The position numbers and the translations under genes were made by a program. The notes below the pieces were generated by a model. It was not told where the DNA came from. It worked only from the letters and a program-made list of their open reading frames with translations, and did no database searches. This document shows positions 47,665 through 58,775 of a DNA stretch of 64,000 nucleotides, piece by piece. This stretch comes from Hyphomicrobiaceae bacterium. GTDB taxonomy: Bacteria; Pseudomonadota; Alphaproteobacteria; Rhizobiales; Hyphomicrobiaceae. Position 1 is the first letter of the stretch, and the number at the start of each line of letters is the position of its first letter. The stretch covers positions 1,309,165 through 1,373,164 of the forward strand of contig OZ244971.1 of the NCBI GenBank assembly GCA_965222775.1. The letters are read 5' to 3'.

Positions 47665-49445
47665 GCACGCTTGACCTTGGTCTGATTGGTAACTGCTCTA
47701 TCGGTGCACTCATCAATAAGAATGCGCAGATCGTTTGGTGCTGTTTTCCGCGCTTTGATGGCGACCCTGTTTTTCACACACTTTTGGGTTCACCAGAGGA
47801 TGCGGCGGATGAGGGCCTGTTTGCGATTGATGTCCACGCACAAAAAGAGGTCGAGCAGACCTATGTTGACAACACGGCGATATTGAAAACGAAGATTTCG
47901 AGTGATTCTGGTGTCGTTGAAATAACAGACTTTGCGCCTCGGTTTTCGTGGCGTGATCGGCGCTACCGGCCGCAGATGATTGTGCGTCGCATTGCGCCCG
48001 TTGAGGGAACACCACGCATTCGGATCCGCGTTCGCCCGCGTTTCGATTACGGAAAAGTTCAGCCCGCGAATACCTATGGTTCAAACCATGTGCGGTACAT
48101 ATGCGAAAAATTTGCGCTACGTCTCACGTCGGATGCGCCAATCGATTACGTGATTGGAGAAACGTGGTTTAACTTATCTGAGCCTGTCAATTTGGTGCTT
48201 GGGCCGGATGAAACGCTTTCTGAGGGCCCTGCTGAAACAGCGCGAATTTACGAAGAGCGAACGCGATCCTATTGGCGGTCATGGTCGCATCGTTTGGCTT
48301 TGCCACTTGAATGGCAGGCTGATGTGATACGGGCTGCGATCACGCTCAAGCTTTGTAGCTATGAGCCCACCGGCGCCATTATTGCGGCGATGACAACCAG
48401 CGTTCCGGAGGCGCCGGATACGGAACGCAATTGGGACTACCGGTATTGCTGGGTGCGAGATGCTTTTTTTGTCGTGCGTGCGCTCAACAGCCTTTCTGCC
48501 GTGCGCACGTTGGAAAACTATTTCCGCTGGATCATGAATGTGGTGGCGGATGCGGATGGCGGGCATATTCAGCCGGTTTTTGGCATTGGGTTAGAAAAAA
48601 CGCTGACCGAGCGCATCGAAACTCAATTGCCCGGGTATCGCGGCATGGGGCCGGTGCGTGTTGGTAACCAAGCGCACGAACATTTCCAGCACGATACGTA
48701 TGGCAATCTTGTTCTGGGTGCAGCACAAGCGTTTTTTGATCAGCGTCTATTTATGCGGCCAGGGGAAAGCGATTTTCAACGGCTTGAGCATGTGGGTGAG
48801 CAGGCGTTTCGGCTTCATGACCAGGCGGACGCGGGTTTGTGGGAATTGCGATCGCGTGCGCGTGTTCATACGTCGTCCAGTGTGATGTGTTGGGCAGCGT
48901 GTGATCGTTTGGCGAAAATTGCCCAGCAATTGCGATTGAACCGCCGTGCGTCGGTTTGGCGCAAGCGTGCAGACAAAATCAAAAAAACAGTTTTGGAACG
49001 GGCGTGGTCAGAAAAACGCAAAACCTTTGTTGAGAGTTTTGAGGGCGAGCACCTTGATGCGAGTGTGCTTTTGATGGCTGAAGTTGGATTGGTAAAAGGT
49101 GATGATCCAAGATTTGTTTCGACGGTTGAAGTTTTGGAATCGGTGCTTGGTCGGGGGCCGTTTATGATGCGTTATGAGGCGGCAGATGACTTTGGTGTCC
49201 CCGAGACGGCATTTAATATTTGCGCGTTTTGGCGCCTTGATGCTTTGGCGCGCATGGGTCGGTTTGATCAGGCGCGCGAAATTTTTGAGGCGCTGTTGGC
49301 GGCGCGCAATCATTTGGGACTAATGTCAGAAGATACGGATCCAGGTTCAGGGGAGGCTTGGGGGAATTTTCCGCAAACCTATTCTATGGTGGGTATTATT
49401 AATGGTGCCGTGAGACTGTCCCAATCATGGGAATCCAGAGTATGA
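47661..49445 (+). CDS. Glycoside hydrolase family 15 (glucoamylase/trehalase-like) protein
   Basis: 594 aa with a GH15 (alpha/alpha)6-barrel signature (...WDYRYCWVRDAFFVVRAL..., ...GLWEL...). Embedded between otsB and otsA. Confidence 0.8.
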   Translation: MSTLDLGLIGNCSIGALINKNAQIVWCCFPRFDGDPVFHTLLGSPEDAADEGLFAIDVHAQKEVEQTYVDNTAILKTKISSDSGVVEITDFAPRFSWRDRRYRPQMIVRRIAPVEGTPRIRIRVRPRFDYGKVQPANTYGSNHVRYICEKFALRLTSDAPIDYVIGETWFNLSEPVNLVLGPDETLSEGPAETARIYEERTRSYWRSWSHRLALPLEWQADVIRAAITLKLCSYEPTGAIIAAMTTSVPEAPDTERNWDYRYCWVRDAFFVVRALNSLSAVRTLENYFRWIMNVVADADGGHIQPVFGIGLEKTLTERIETQLPGYRGMGPVRVGNQAHEHFQHDTYGNLVLGAAQAFFDQRLFMRPGESDFQRLEHVGEQAFRLHDQADAGLWELRSRARVHTSSSVMCWAACDRLAKIAQQLRLNRRASVWRKRADKIKKTVLERAWSEKRKTFVESFEGEHLDASVLLMAEVGLVKGDDPRFVSTVEVLESVLGRGPFMMRYEAADDFGVPETAFNICAFWRLDALARMGRFDQAREIFEALLAARNHLGLMSEDTDPGSGEAWGNFPQTYSMVGIINGAVRLSQSWESRV

Positions 49446-50827
49446 GCCGGTTGGTCGTTGTTTCAAATCGTGTTGTTGATCTTGAAAATGTTGCGCAGTC
49501 AGGTGGACTCGCGGTGGCGTTGGGCGATGCGTTGAAAGAAGGGCACGGTGTTTGGTTTGGTTGGGATGGCAAGGTTGTTGAGGGGCAAAAATCTTTTCAG
49601 GTTAGTGAGACACAGCAAGATGATGTGACGATTTGCAGGGTGTCGCTTAGTGAAAAGGATTATGAAGAGTATTACCTTGGTTATTCCAATAAGGTGTTGT
49701 GGCCAACGTTTCATTACCGGTTGGATTTAGCAGATTTTGAGCCGCAGTTTGTCGAAGGCTATCGCCGGGTCAATGCGCAGCTTGCCGATTCATTGGCAAA
49801 AATTCTAGAACCTGACGATCTTATATGGGTGCACGACTATCATCTCATACCGCTTGCGAGCGAACTTCGCGCGCGCGGGCTCAAACATAAGATTGGATTT
49901 TTTCTACATATTCCTTTTCCACCACCGGATATTCTTGTTGCCGTTCCCGAACACGAATGGCTCATGAGAACGCTGTTTTCTTATGATGTTGTTGGGTTTC
50001 AAACGGTCGGTGATGTGGGCAATTTTACGCGTTACGTCACCGATCACGCAGGTGGCGAGGTTGGGGATGGTTGCCATGTGACGTGCTATGGCCGAGAGAT
50101 TCTTGTTCGCGAGTTTCCGATCGGGATTGACGTTGATGCGTTTTGGGAGATGGCGCACACGCAGGAAGCCAACGATCAGATCGATCGGTTGCATCGCAGG
50201 AGCATGGCGCGGGCGCATATCATCGGTGTAGATCGGCTTGATTACACGAAGGGTTTGCCTGGCCGGTTAAAAGCGTTTCGTCGATTGTTGGAACTTTATC
50301 CGGAAAATGTGAAAGCAGCGACGTTAATGCAGATTGCACCGCCTTCACGGGAAGACGTGGCGGCCTACACAGATATCCGGCAGGAGCTTGAAGGATTGTC
50401 TGGCGCGATCAACGGTCAATTTGGTGATTTTGACTGGACGCCTGTGCGCTATATTCATCGGGCTTTGCCGCGGCGGACGCTTGCTGCGTTGTTTCGAGGC
50501 AGTCATGTGGGTCTTGTTACACCCCTGCGCGATGGCATGAATCTCGTTGCTAAGGAATACATTGCGGCTCAGGATAAGGAGGATCCCGGGGTCTTGATCT
50601 TGTCGCAATTTGCTGGAGCAGCGGAAGATCTTGGTGAGGCACTGATTGTTAATCCGTTTGATATTGATGAGATGGCGACAGCGATGCAGCGGGCGACGAC
50701 CATGAGCATTGATGAAAGGCGCGAACGGTACGATGCTTTGATACGAAAAGTGCGTCGTCGTGATGTCAAAGCTTGGCGGACGGAATTTTTATCTGCGTTA
50801 AGCGGGTGCTCAATTGATCAATCGTGA
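49442..50827 (+). CDS. otsA: Alpha,alpha-trehalose-phosphate synthase OtsA
   Basis: MSRLVVVSNRV...WVHDYHLIPLA...GFFLHIPFP... matches the canonical GT20 OtsA. Confidence 0.85.
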   Translation: MSRLVVVSNRVVDLENVAQSGGLAVALGDALKEGHGVWFGWDGKVVEGQKSFQVSETQQDDVTICRVSLSEKDYEEYYLGYSNKVLWPTFHYRLDLADFEPQFVEGYRRVNAQLADSLAKILEPDDLIWVHDYHLIPLASELRARGLKHKIGFFLHIPFPPPDILVAVPEHEWLMRTLFSYDVVGFQTVGDVGNFTRYVTDHAGGEVGDGCHVTCYGREILVREFPIGIDVDAFWEMAHTQEANDQIDRLHRRSMARAHIIGVDRLDYTKGLPGRLKAFRRLLELYPENVKAATLMQIAPPSREDVAAYTDIRQELEGLSGAINGQFGDFDWTPVRYIHRALPRRTLAALFRGSHVGLVTPLRDGMNLVAKEYIAAQDKEDPGVLILSQFAGAAEDLGEALIVNPFDIDEMATAMQRATTMSIDERRERYDALIRKVRRRDVKAWRTEFLSALSGCSIDQS

Positions 50828-51797
50828 TCACGGCTTCTGGATTTTTGCCGATGTTGGCGGGACGAATGTGCGTTTTGCACGTGCTTGGTCTGACGACAGC
50901 TTGAAAGATTTGCGTCGTTATTCAACAAAGGAGTTTGATGACTTTTCATCGGTGCTGCAGACTTATCTGCGCGAGCTTCATGGGGAAGGCAGTTGTGCTG
51001 GCATTGCCATTGCGGCTGCCGGACCCGTTGATGATGGGTGCGTGCAGCTGACGAATTTGCCGTGGGTCATTCGGCGTGAAGATGTTTTGGGTGCAATAAA
51101 CGCAGTATTGGGCGTAGAGATTGCCCGCGAGAAAGTTGTGTTGCTGAACGATTTGGCGGCGGTGGCCAGCGGTCTACCTTACCTTACCAACAAAGATTTT
51201 GAGCTCCTGGGTCAATTTGAGATTGCTAAATCCGCATCAGCTCCGATGTTGGCAATCAATGTTGGAACCGGATTTGGTGCCGCCAGTGTCATTCCCCTTG
51301 GAGAGTCATGGTGTGTTGCATCAAGCGAGGCCGGACACATGACATTTGTGGCTGCTGACGGTGAGGATTCCGTTTATCACTTGAATGGACGGTCAATTGA
51401 ATCGTTTTTGTCTGGTACCGGCGTCATTGACGCATATGAGCGGCTGTCCGGTGAACAAGGTGCCGACCGCGGTCAAATGAATGCAGGGGATGTGTTTGAT
51501 CGTGTCAACTCAGATTCCAACGCGCGCGCCGTTGTAGATTTGTTTGGCCGTGTACTTGGGCGCGTTTGCGGAAATCTCATTTTGGCAACAGGGTCGTGGG
51601 GTGGCGTTTTTCTAACCGGCAGCGTTGCGCAAAGTTGGGTGCAAGTTGGATCGGTTTCTGATTTTCGAAATACGTTTGAAGCAAAAGGGCAAATGCGAGA
51701 ACGCATGAAGGGGACGCCGTCTTATCTTATCACAATTGCGGAACCGGCACTCGTCGGTATGGCGCGATCTATCGGCAACTTAAAATTAACCCAGTAA
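50814..51797 (+). CDS. glk: Glucokinase (Glk family)
   Basis: FADVGGTNVRFA N-terminal ATPase motif and Glk-like length (327 aa). Probable TTG start. Confidence 0.7.
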   Translation: MINRDHGFWIFADVGGTNVRFARAWSDDSLKDLRRYSTKEFDDFSSVLQTYLRELHGEGSCAGIAIAAAGPVDDGCVQLTNLPWVIRREDVLGAINAVLGVEIAREKVVLLNDLAAVASGLPYLTNKDFELLGQFEIAKSASAPMLAINVGTGFGAASVIPLGESWCVASSEAGHMTFVAADGEDSVYHLNGRSIESFLSGTGVIDAYERLSGEQGADRGQMNAGDVFDRVNSDSNARAVVDLFGRVLGRVCGNLILATGSWGGVFLTGSVAQSWVQVGSVSDFRNTFEAKGQMRERMKGTPSYLITIAEPALVGMARSIGNLKLTQ

Positions 51798-52193
51798 GTC
51801 TCGCAGCATGGGTATGAGTGGTGCATCAGCAGGCGGCATTTCATACTCAGATAATTTTTTGGCGCGCGTCCAAGTGATCTGTTGGCCTTCTTGTGGTGTC
51901 ACGACGCCATCCCAATTGCGACACAGATAAAGTGGCATCAGGAGATGGAAATTTTCATAAGTGTGGCTTGCGAACGTAAATGGCGCGATGCAATCGGCGC
52001 AGACGTCTATGGCCAATTCCTCATTGAGTTCGCGACGTAACGCGGCTTCGGGTGTCTCACCGTGTTTCACCTTGCCGCCAGGAAACTCCCATAGGCTTGC
52101 AAGGCTCTTTCCCTCCGGGCGCCTCGTTATCAAGACGCGATTGTCGCGATCGATGAGCGCTGCCGCGACGACGAGAAGGATTGGGCGTGCCAT
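51786..52193 (-). CDS. mutT: NUDIX hydrolase (MutT-like 8-oxo-dGTP diphosphatase)
   Basis: Nudix box GGKVKHGETPEAALRRELNEELAI. Confidence 0.7.
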   Translation of the reverse strand: MARPILLVVAAALIDRDNRVLITRRPEGKSLASLWEFPGGKVKHGETPEAALRRELNEELAIDVCADCIAPFTFASHTYENFHLLMPLYLCRNWDGVVTPQEGQQITWTRAKKLSEYEMPPADAPLIPMLRDLLG

Positions 52194-52211
52194 TTTCGTT
52201 TTCGCCAGATG

Positions 52212-52868
52212 TTAGGAACGGGTTATCAGGTAGCTTGTTTCTTCGACCCAAGTCAGTCCGCGTTTTTTTAAGTTTTCATTTTTTTCAAGAACAGATTCGC
52301 GTTCGAGCTCTTTTATTTTGAACGTATCGGCAAAAAGTTCTTGGACGCGCCGGCGCGAAATTGAGAAGGGCGGCCCGGTCATTTCGCTTTGGTCATAATG
52401 AAGTGACACAAGGAGTAGCTTTGCGTTAGCTGGCGCGTTTGTAGCAAGGAATTCGGCATAACGCTGTTGGTCGGCGGGAGGAAACGCGACAAGGCTTGCG
52501 CGGTCATAAATTGCCACGGCGTCATTTAGGGCGTCACTTGGCAAATTGAATATATCGCCACACCACAGCTCATAGGGCCCTGCGGACCAAATTGTAAATG
52601 AGGGACCGGACCGTGTTGTCGGTTTTACATTGATGTATTCGAAAAAGGTTTTGATTGCGAGTTCGCTTAGTTCAATACCTATAACCTTGTGGCCCTGTTG
52701 GGCGAGCCATGTCATGTCAAGTGATTTGCCGCACAAGGGTACAAAGACCGCACCATTCTTTTTCAGCTCAAGCTTTGGCCAATGGCGTTTCAGGCAATCG
52801 TGAATTATATCGCGGTGAAACCCGATGTCGCCTTTTTGCCAGCGATTGATCCAGAAATCGGCGTCCAT
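52212..52868 (-). CDS. tpm: Thiopurine S-methyltransferase family protein
   Basis: N-terminal FWINRWQKGDIGFH motif and SAM-MTase motif I (VFVPLCGKSLDMTWLA), characteristic of TPMT. Confidence 0.75.
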   Translation of the reverse strand: MDADFWINRWQKGDIGFHRDIIHDCLKRHWPKLELKKNGAVFVPLCGKSLDMTWLAQQGHKVIGIELSELAIKTFFEYINVKPTTRSGPSFTIWSAGPYELWCGDIFNLPSDALNDAVAIYDRASLVAFPPADQQRYAEFLATNAPANAKLLLVSLHYDQSEMTGPPFSISRRRVQELFADTFKIKELERESVLEKNENLKKRGLTWVEETSYLITRS

Positions 52869-52899
52869 TTAGGTCAATCCATGATGATTGCGATGCACG

Positions 52900-54147
52900 T
52901 TAAGTTCGATAATCGGCGTTGATGGAGATGTACCCGTGCGTAAGATCGCAGGTCCATACTGTTGCTTGGCCATCGCCGACGCCCACATCGATTGAGATTT
53001 CTAATTCAGCATTTTTCATATATGTGGCGCCTGTTTCCTCTTTGTAATCAGCTGCGCGTTCGCCTTCGATTGCGACGAGGTGGGGTCCGAAGGAAATACG
53101 CAAGCGATCGCGATCTGCGCGCTCGCCGGCTTTGCCGACCGCCATCACAATGCGCCCCCAGTTGGGATCTTCGCCGGCAAGGGCTGTTTTGACCAATGGA
53201 GAATTTGCAACGGACATGCCGATCTTTTGTGCTGCAGTGTCGTTTTCCGCGCCTGTGATGTTGATTGTCACGAATTTGGAAATGCCTTCACCGTCTTTGA
53301 CAACCTGAAGTGCCAGATCGTGGACGACAGCGTGAAGGGCCTTCGCAAAAAGGTCAAACGCTGGATCGGTTTTGCTTTTGATGGGTTTTGCTCCGGTCGC
53401 CACAGCTTGGCCTGTCGCAAAGACCAACAGCGTGTCGCTGGTGGAGGTGTCGCCATCAACGGTTATGCAATTGAATGTTTTCGCGGTCGTGTCGGCGATG
53501 CAATCTTGCAGGAGAGGCTTTGAAATGGCAGCGTCCGTGAACACAAAACAAAGTGTTGTTGCCATATCGGGCGCAATCATTCCGGCACCTTTGGCGATAC
53601 CGGAAATCGTAACCGGGGTTCCATCGATTTGGATTTGCGTGGTGGCGAGCTTGGGAAATGTGTCGGTCGTCATGATGGCGTGTGCTGCAGCAGGCCAATT
53701 GTCAGGAGCCACGTCCTGCGCGAGCTTTGCAATTAACTCAGCAAACTGAGTTGTATCTAAGGGTTCGCCGATGACACCGGTTGACGCGATGTAGGTTTCA
53801 ACCGTTTGGCATTCAATTGCGTCCGTGATTGCTTTGGCAGTTGTCGTAACGGCTTCATGGCCGCGCATACCGGTGAACGCGTTGGCGTTGCCCGAGTTTA
53901 CGACCAGTGCACGGGCATGGCCTTGTTTTAGGTTTTTGGCACACCATTCGACGGGTGCAGAGCGGGTTTTTGACTGCGTTAGAACGCCGGCTACTACGGT
54001 GCCTTCATCAAATGTGACGAGAAGCAGATCCTCTCTGTCTTTATATTTGATACCGGCTTTGGTCGTGGCCAACTGGATGCCGGGAATTGGTGGCATATCC
54101 GGATAAGAATTTGGTGCAAAAGGGGATGGCGGAAGCGGATCGGCCAT
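52900..54147 (-). CDS. argJ: Bifunctional glutamate N-acetyltransferase/amino-acid acetyltransferase ArgJ
   Basis: 415-aa ArgJ/OAT family with a self-cleavage-site region (...GMIAPDMATTLCFVFTDA...). Confidence 0.9.
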   Translation of the reverse strand: MADPLPPSPFAPNSYPDMPPIPGIQLATTKAGIKYKDREDLLLVTFDEGTVVAGVLTQSKTRSAPVEWCAKNLKQGHARALVVNSGNANAFTGMRGHEAVTTTAKAITDAIECQTVETYIASTGVIGEPLDTTQFAELIAKLAQDVAPDNWPAAAHAIMTTDTFPKLATTQIQIDGTPVTISGIAKGAGMIAPDMATTLCFVFTDAAISKPLLQDCIADTTAKTFNCITVDGDTSTSDTLLVFATGQAVATGAKPIKSKTDPAFDLFAKALHAVVHDLALQVVKDGEGISKFVTINITGAENDTAAQKIGMSVANSPLVKTALAGEDPNWGRIVMAVGKAGERADRDRLRISFGPHLVAIEGERAADYKEETGATYMKNAELEISIDVGVGDGQATVWTCDLTHGYISINADYRT

Positions 54148-54313
54148 CTCAGTCTCCTGATTTGTTGGACTATTCGGTCCAACTCATAAACTATTCTGGC
54201 GGGAAGGAAAATGTGTTCGGGCCGACTATCGAAGCGGCCCATCAGGATGGGTTGTTTCAGCTCGAAGATTTGTAGAACTCATTTTTGTCTGGCTGATCCC
54301 GAATTGGCGCGTT

Positions 54314-55243
54314 TTAATTTGCGTTCTCGTTTTTGGGCTTTTGTTTGTTTTGCTCGTCTTTGAGTTGCTGCATGATCTTTTCTTGCGACTTACGTTGGGC
54401 GTCCTCGCGTTGAACCTGCGCTTTCAGGTCAGGGTCCAGATAGTCAATTTTTGCACTTTTACGTAGCTTTGAGGCAGTCTCTTGGGTTTTCCGGTGGGCC
54501 ATGGAGTTTAATAACTTTTCTTTTATGTCATCAAAGGCCGGGATCGGTTTGGCGCGTTTTTCTTCGACTTTAATGAGGTGCCACCCGTAGCGGCTTTTGA
54601 CGGGATCTGAGATGTCGCCGGCCTTTAAGCTGAAAGCTGCCTCTTCAAATGCAGGGACCATTTGCCCGCGCGTAAAAAAACCTAACAGGCCACCAGAATT
54701 TTTTGTCCCTGGGTCGGTTGAGTGTTCTTTTGCCAATTCTGCAAAGTCGGCGCCACGTCCAATTTGTTCTAAGAGCTCTTGGGCGTCCTCTTCGGTTTTT
54801 ACGAGAATGTGTCTGGCCTTGACTTCTTCTTGTGGTTTTAGGCCCTTGACGCTGTCATCGTAAAATTTACGAGCTTCGGCTTGGCTAATTTTGCTTTTGA
54901 TTTTTTTGTCGAAGTAGGTTTCGCGCAAGGCGCGGCGGCGCATGTATTCCATGCGTTGTTCAAAATCCGTTCCGCTATCTAGTCCCTCAGACTTCGCAGC
55001 TTCCGCAAATAACTCAGTCTCGATGAGGTATTCGAGAAGAACACGTTTCTTGGTGTCAAGGGGTAGGTTGCCCAGATCAGAGCCGATTTCATTTTCGGCG
55101 AGATTTATATCGAGCTGCGTGATCGGTTTGCCATTGACCGTGGCGATCGTCTTGTTGTCGTCCGCGTGCGCCGTTACGGCGCCAAACAGAAGCGCGATGG
55201 CGATCAGACCGCGTGGGTGAAAAGGGAGGTAGGTTTTTGACAT
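54314..55243 (-). CDS. Periplasmic parvulin-type peptidyl-prolyl cis-trans isomerase (SurA/PpiD-like)
   Basis: Signal peptide (MSKTYLPFHPRGLIAIALLFGAVTAHA) and a parvulin domain (ARHILVKTEEDAQ...GGLLGFFTRGQMVPAFEEAAF...GWHLIKV). The internal start at 55243 is preferred over the longer ORF. Confidence 0.75.
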   Translation of the reverse strand: MSKTYLPFHPRGLIAIALLFGAVTAHADDNKTIATVNGKPITQLDINLAENEIGSDLGNLPLDTKKRVLLEYLIETELFAEAAKSEGLDSGTDFEQRMEYMRRRALRETYFDKKIKSKISQAEARKFYDDSVKGLKPQEEVKARHILVKTEEDAQELLEQIGRGADFAELAKEHSTDPGTKNSGGLLGFFTRGQMVPAFEEAAFSLKAGDISDPVKSRYGWHLIKVEEKRAKPIPAFDDIKEKLLNSMAHRKTQETASKLRKSAKIDYLDPDLKAQVQREDAQRKSQEKIMQQLKDEQNKQKPKNENAN

Positions 55244-55812
55244 TTTGAGTCTTGGTCCTTGGCCAATTTTTATAATGCGTGGGCAGGGGATTTCGGCGAT
55301 TTTTGATCGCGCATAGGTCATGATGGCTGGTTGCCCACACGGCCATAGCGGCTCTTCTAACATGGGGTGGTGGTTTGCTGCGTCAAATCCATCGATTATC
55401 GCCGTGCTCCCGGCTCGCCAAGTTAAGATTTGGCCAGATTTATTTGATGTATCGCCCAAACAGGAACGAAACGTGAAGCTGACGGCAACGGCTTTGTTGA
55501 CAAGATCAATAAGGCACTCATATTTGGGCTGAATTCCATCACACTCATCCGCCCTGGTCGAATCTGGTGGTTAATTGGTCTTATTGCTCGTTTGATCGGT
55601 GCAATATCGCCGCGGTTGCGCTTTCGGCTGGGCGAACTCATGTGAAGGGCTGATTGTTGTCATATTGAGTTGTGCGTAGCCGAACAAGGTTGTGAAAGTG
55701 GCAAATATAATGTCGAGGTCTAACGGGCAATGGTTGGGAGTGTCCGGTCGTTGTTTGTCGGAACCTGAACCTTCTTTGCCCCTGTGAATCTTCTAAAGAG
55801 GAATTCTTCAGA

Positions 55813-58752
55813 ATGCTCTCCAATATCGGCGAATTCGCTGCCAAGGTGTTTGGCTCTTCCAACCAACGCCGCGTGAAGGCATTTAGGCCGACCGTTGAAA
55901 AAATAAACGCACTTGAGCCGGAGTTGGAGGCGCTCAGTGATGCTGAGTTGCGCGCACGCACTGATATGTTTCGGGAGCAGCTTCAAGAGGGTGCCAAGCT
56001 TGATGATCTGTTAGTGCCTGCATTTGCGACGGTGCGTGAGGCGGCGAAGCGCACGTTGGGTCAGCGGCATTTTGATGTTCAGCTCATCGGTGGAATCGTG
56101 CTTCACAAAGGCAACATTGCGGAGATGAAAACGGGCGAAGGTAAAACGCTCGTTGCGACGCTTCCGGTCTATTTAAATGCGTTGGCGGGAAACGGTGTGC
56201 ATGTGGTTACCGTCAATGACTATCTTGCCCGGCGCGATGCGGACTGGATGGGCCAGATTTATAAGTTTCTTGGGCTTTCCGTCGGTTGTATTCTTCATGA
56301 CCTCGATGATGACGAACGCAAAGAACAGTACGACTGCGATGTGACTTATGGCACCAACAACGAGCTCGGCTTTGATTATCTGCGCGATAACATGAAGATG
56401 AGCAAAGATGAGATGGTCCAGCGGGGGCATAGTTTTGCGATCGTTGACGAGGTGGACAGTATTCTCATCGATGAAGCGCGTACACCGCTCATTATCTCTG
56501 GTCCGGTTGAAGATCGCACTGAACTTTATAATGCGATCGACCAATTTATTCCGAAATTAGAAGCGGAAGATTTTGAGCTGGATGAAAAGCAGCGCCAGGT
56601 ATCGTTGACGGATCAGGGAAACGAGACGGTTGAGAAACTGCTGGAAGACGGAGGCCTCCTCAAGGGGACTTCGCTTTACGACCTGGAAAACGTGTCGGTT
56701 GTTCATCACGTCAATCAGGCGTTGCGCGCGCATAAATTGTTTCAACGTGACCGCGATTACATCGTCAAGAACAACGAAGTGATTATTATTGACGAATTTA
56801 CCGGGCGCATGATGCCGGGGCGCCGGTACTCGGAAGGCTTGCATCAGGCGTTAGAAGCCAAAGAACATGCGGAGATCCAACCGGAGAATCAGACGCTCGC
56901 GTCGATCACGTTCCAAAACTATTTTCGGCTTTATGAGAAGCTTTCCGGAATGACCGGTACGGCGGCAACCGAAGCGTCCGAATTTATGGACATTTACGGA
57001 CTCGATGTGGTTGAAATTCCGACAAACCTTCCGGTGGGCCGTGTTGACGAAGACGATGAGGTTTATCGGACGCAAAAGGAAAAACTTGCCGCGATTATCA
57101 TGACAATTGCGGATGCGCATCGACGTAAGCAGCCGGCACTTGTGGGCACGGTTTCGATTGAAAAGTCGGAGCAGTTGTCTGAGCTACTTAAAGACAAGGC
57201 TTATATTGCGCAACTGGGGAAGAAGGTTCTCAACCAAGCTGACGACCTGCATGACGACCGTGAGAGTAGTCTCAAAGAGCATCTGACCGGTCTTGGAAAA
57301 CACTTGATTGAACTTGCTGCAAAAACGAAAGGCAAGGGGGCGCCTATTCCACACCAGGTCTTGAATGCGCGGTATCACGAGCAAGAAGCCAATATCATTG
57401 CGCAAGCCGGTGTACCGGGTGCCGTGACCATTGCGACGAACATGGCAGGTCGCGGAACGGACATTCAGTTGGGTGGTAATGCGGAATATCAGTTGCGTGA
57501 TTGGATTAATGAGCAAACGGAAAACGGCTCACCGCCCGAAGAAAAAGAGATTGAGAAAAAGCGGGCTGAAATTGCTGCAAATATAGAAGAGGAAAAATCT
57601 GTCGCACTCGATGCGGGAGGTCTTTATGTGATTGCGACGGAGCGGCATGAAAGCCGGCGTATTGACAATCAGCTTCGCGGGCGTTCGGGACGGCAAGGCG
57701 ATCCCGGTCGATCGAAGTTTTATCTTGCGCTGGATGATGATTTGATGCGGATTTTTGGCTCGGATCGCATGGATTCGGTGTTGAAGTCTCTCGGGTTGAA
57801 AGAAGGCGAGGCGATTACGCATCGCTGGATGAACAAGTCGTTGGAAGTGGCGCAAAAGAAAGTTGAAGCGCGCAATTTTGACGCCCGCAAGTACGTCCTC
57901 AAATACGACGACGTCATGAACGACCAGCGTAAGGTCATCTTTGAACAGCGCATTGATATTATGGCGGAAGATGATGTCTCCGAGACCGTCAAGGATCTGC
58001 GTTATGAGGTCATAGATAAACTGGTTTCGCGGCATATTCCCGAAAATGCATATGCTGAGCAGTGGGATGTGGCGGGTCTTAAAGAAGCGGTCTTCGAAAT
58101 TTTTGGCATTGATCTGCCGATTACGGATTGGGCCGAGGAAGAGGGTATTGCGGACGAAGAAATTCGTGAACGGCTCATTCGGGCGGCAGATGAAAAAGCT
58201 GCTGCAAAAGCCGTTGAATTTGGACCTGAGGTTTTTCGGCAAGTTGAGAAGATGGTGCTCTTGCACACGCTTGACCATTTATGGCGCGAACACTTGGTGA
58301 CGTTGGAACACTTGCGGCAGGTCATTGGGTTTAGAGCCTATGGACAGCGCGATCCCCTTAACGAATACAAAACCGAGGCGTTTGTTTTATTTGAAGCGCT
58401 GTTGGCGCAATTGCGGGAAGCGGTGACGGGGCAGCTCATGTCGGCTGAGCCTTTGCCGCCTGATCAAGAAGCTGACTATTTGGAGCCAGCGGAATTGCCG
58501 CCCATGGAAGCCCACCACATTGATCCGATCTCCGGGTTGGATGAGTTTGCAATGGCGGAAGCAGAAATGGATGGCGAAGTAATGGACGAGGTTCGCGAAA
58601 GGCCTCCGCGCCGGGCGCCTGTTCGTTCACGTAAGCCTTCCAGCGCGATTGATCCAAACGATCCGCTGACATGGGGCAAAGTTGCGCGGAACGCGAAATG
58701 TCCGTGTGGGTCTGGCAAGAAATACAAGCATTGTCACGGGAAGCATGCCTAA
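55813..58752 (+). CDS. secA: Preprotein translocase ATPase SecA
   Basis: 979 aa. The N-terminus [22 protein letters not shown] and the C-terminal zinc-binding tail [14 protein letters not shown] are both canonical. Confidence 0.95.
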   Translation: MLSNIGEFAAKVFGSSNQRRVKAFRPTVEKINALEPELEALSDAELRARTDMFREQLQEGAKLDDLLVPAFATVREAAKRTLGQRHFDVQLIGGIVLHKGNIAEMKTGEGKTLVATLPVYLNALAGNGVHVVTVNDYLARRDADWMGQIYKFLGLSVGCILHDLDDDERKEQYDCDVTYGTNNELGFDYLRDNMKMSKDEMVQRGHSFAIVDEVDSILIDEARTPLIISGPVEDRTELYNAIDQFIPKLEAEDFELDEKQRQVSLTDQGNETVEKLLEDGGLLKGTSLYDLENVSVVHHVNQALRAHKLFQRDRDYIVKNNEVIIIDEFTGRMMPGRRYSEGLHQALEAKEHAEIQPENQTLASITFQNYFRLYEKLSGMTGTAATEASEFMDIYGLDVVEIPTNLPVGRVDEDDEVYRTQKEKLAAIIMTIADAHRRKQPALVGTVSIEKSEQLSELLKDKAYIAQLGKKVLNQADDLHDDRESSLKEHLTGLGKHLIELAAKTKGKGAPIPHQVLNARYHEQEANIIAQAGVPGAVTIATNMAGRGTDIQLGGNAEYQLRDWINEQTENGSPPEEKEIEKKRAEIAANIEEEKSVALDAGGLYVIATERHESRRIDNQLRGRSGRQGDPGRSKFYLALDDDLMRIFGSDRMDSVLKSLGLKEGEAITHRWMNKSLEVAQKKVEARNFDARKYVLKYDDVMNDQRKVIFEQRIDIMAEDDVSETVKDLRYEVIDKLVSRHIPENAYAEQWDVAGLKEAVFEIFGIDLPITDWAEEEGIADEEIRERLIRAADEKAAAKAVEFGPEVFRQVEKMVLLHTLDHLWREHLVTLEHLRQVIGFRAYGQRDPLNEYKTEAFVLFEALLAQLREAVTGQLMSAEPLPPDQEADYLEPAELPPMEAHHIDPISGLDEFAMAEAEMDGEVMDEVRERPPRRAPVRSRKPSSAIDPNDPLTWGKVARNAKCPCGSGKKYKHCHGKHA

Positions 58753-58775
58753 GATTGCTTGGGCGGTTGCCTGAG

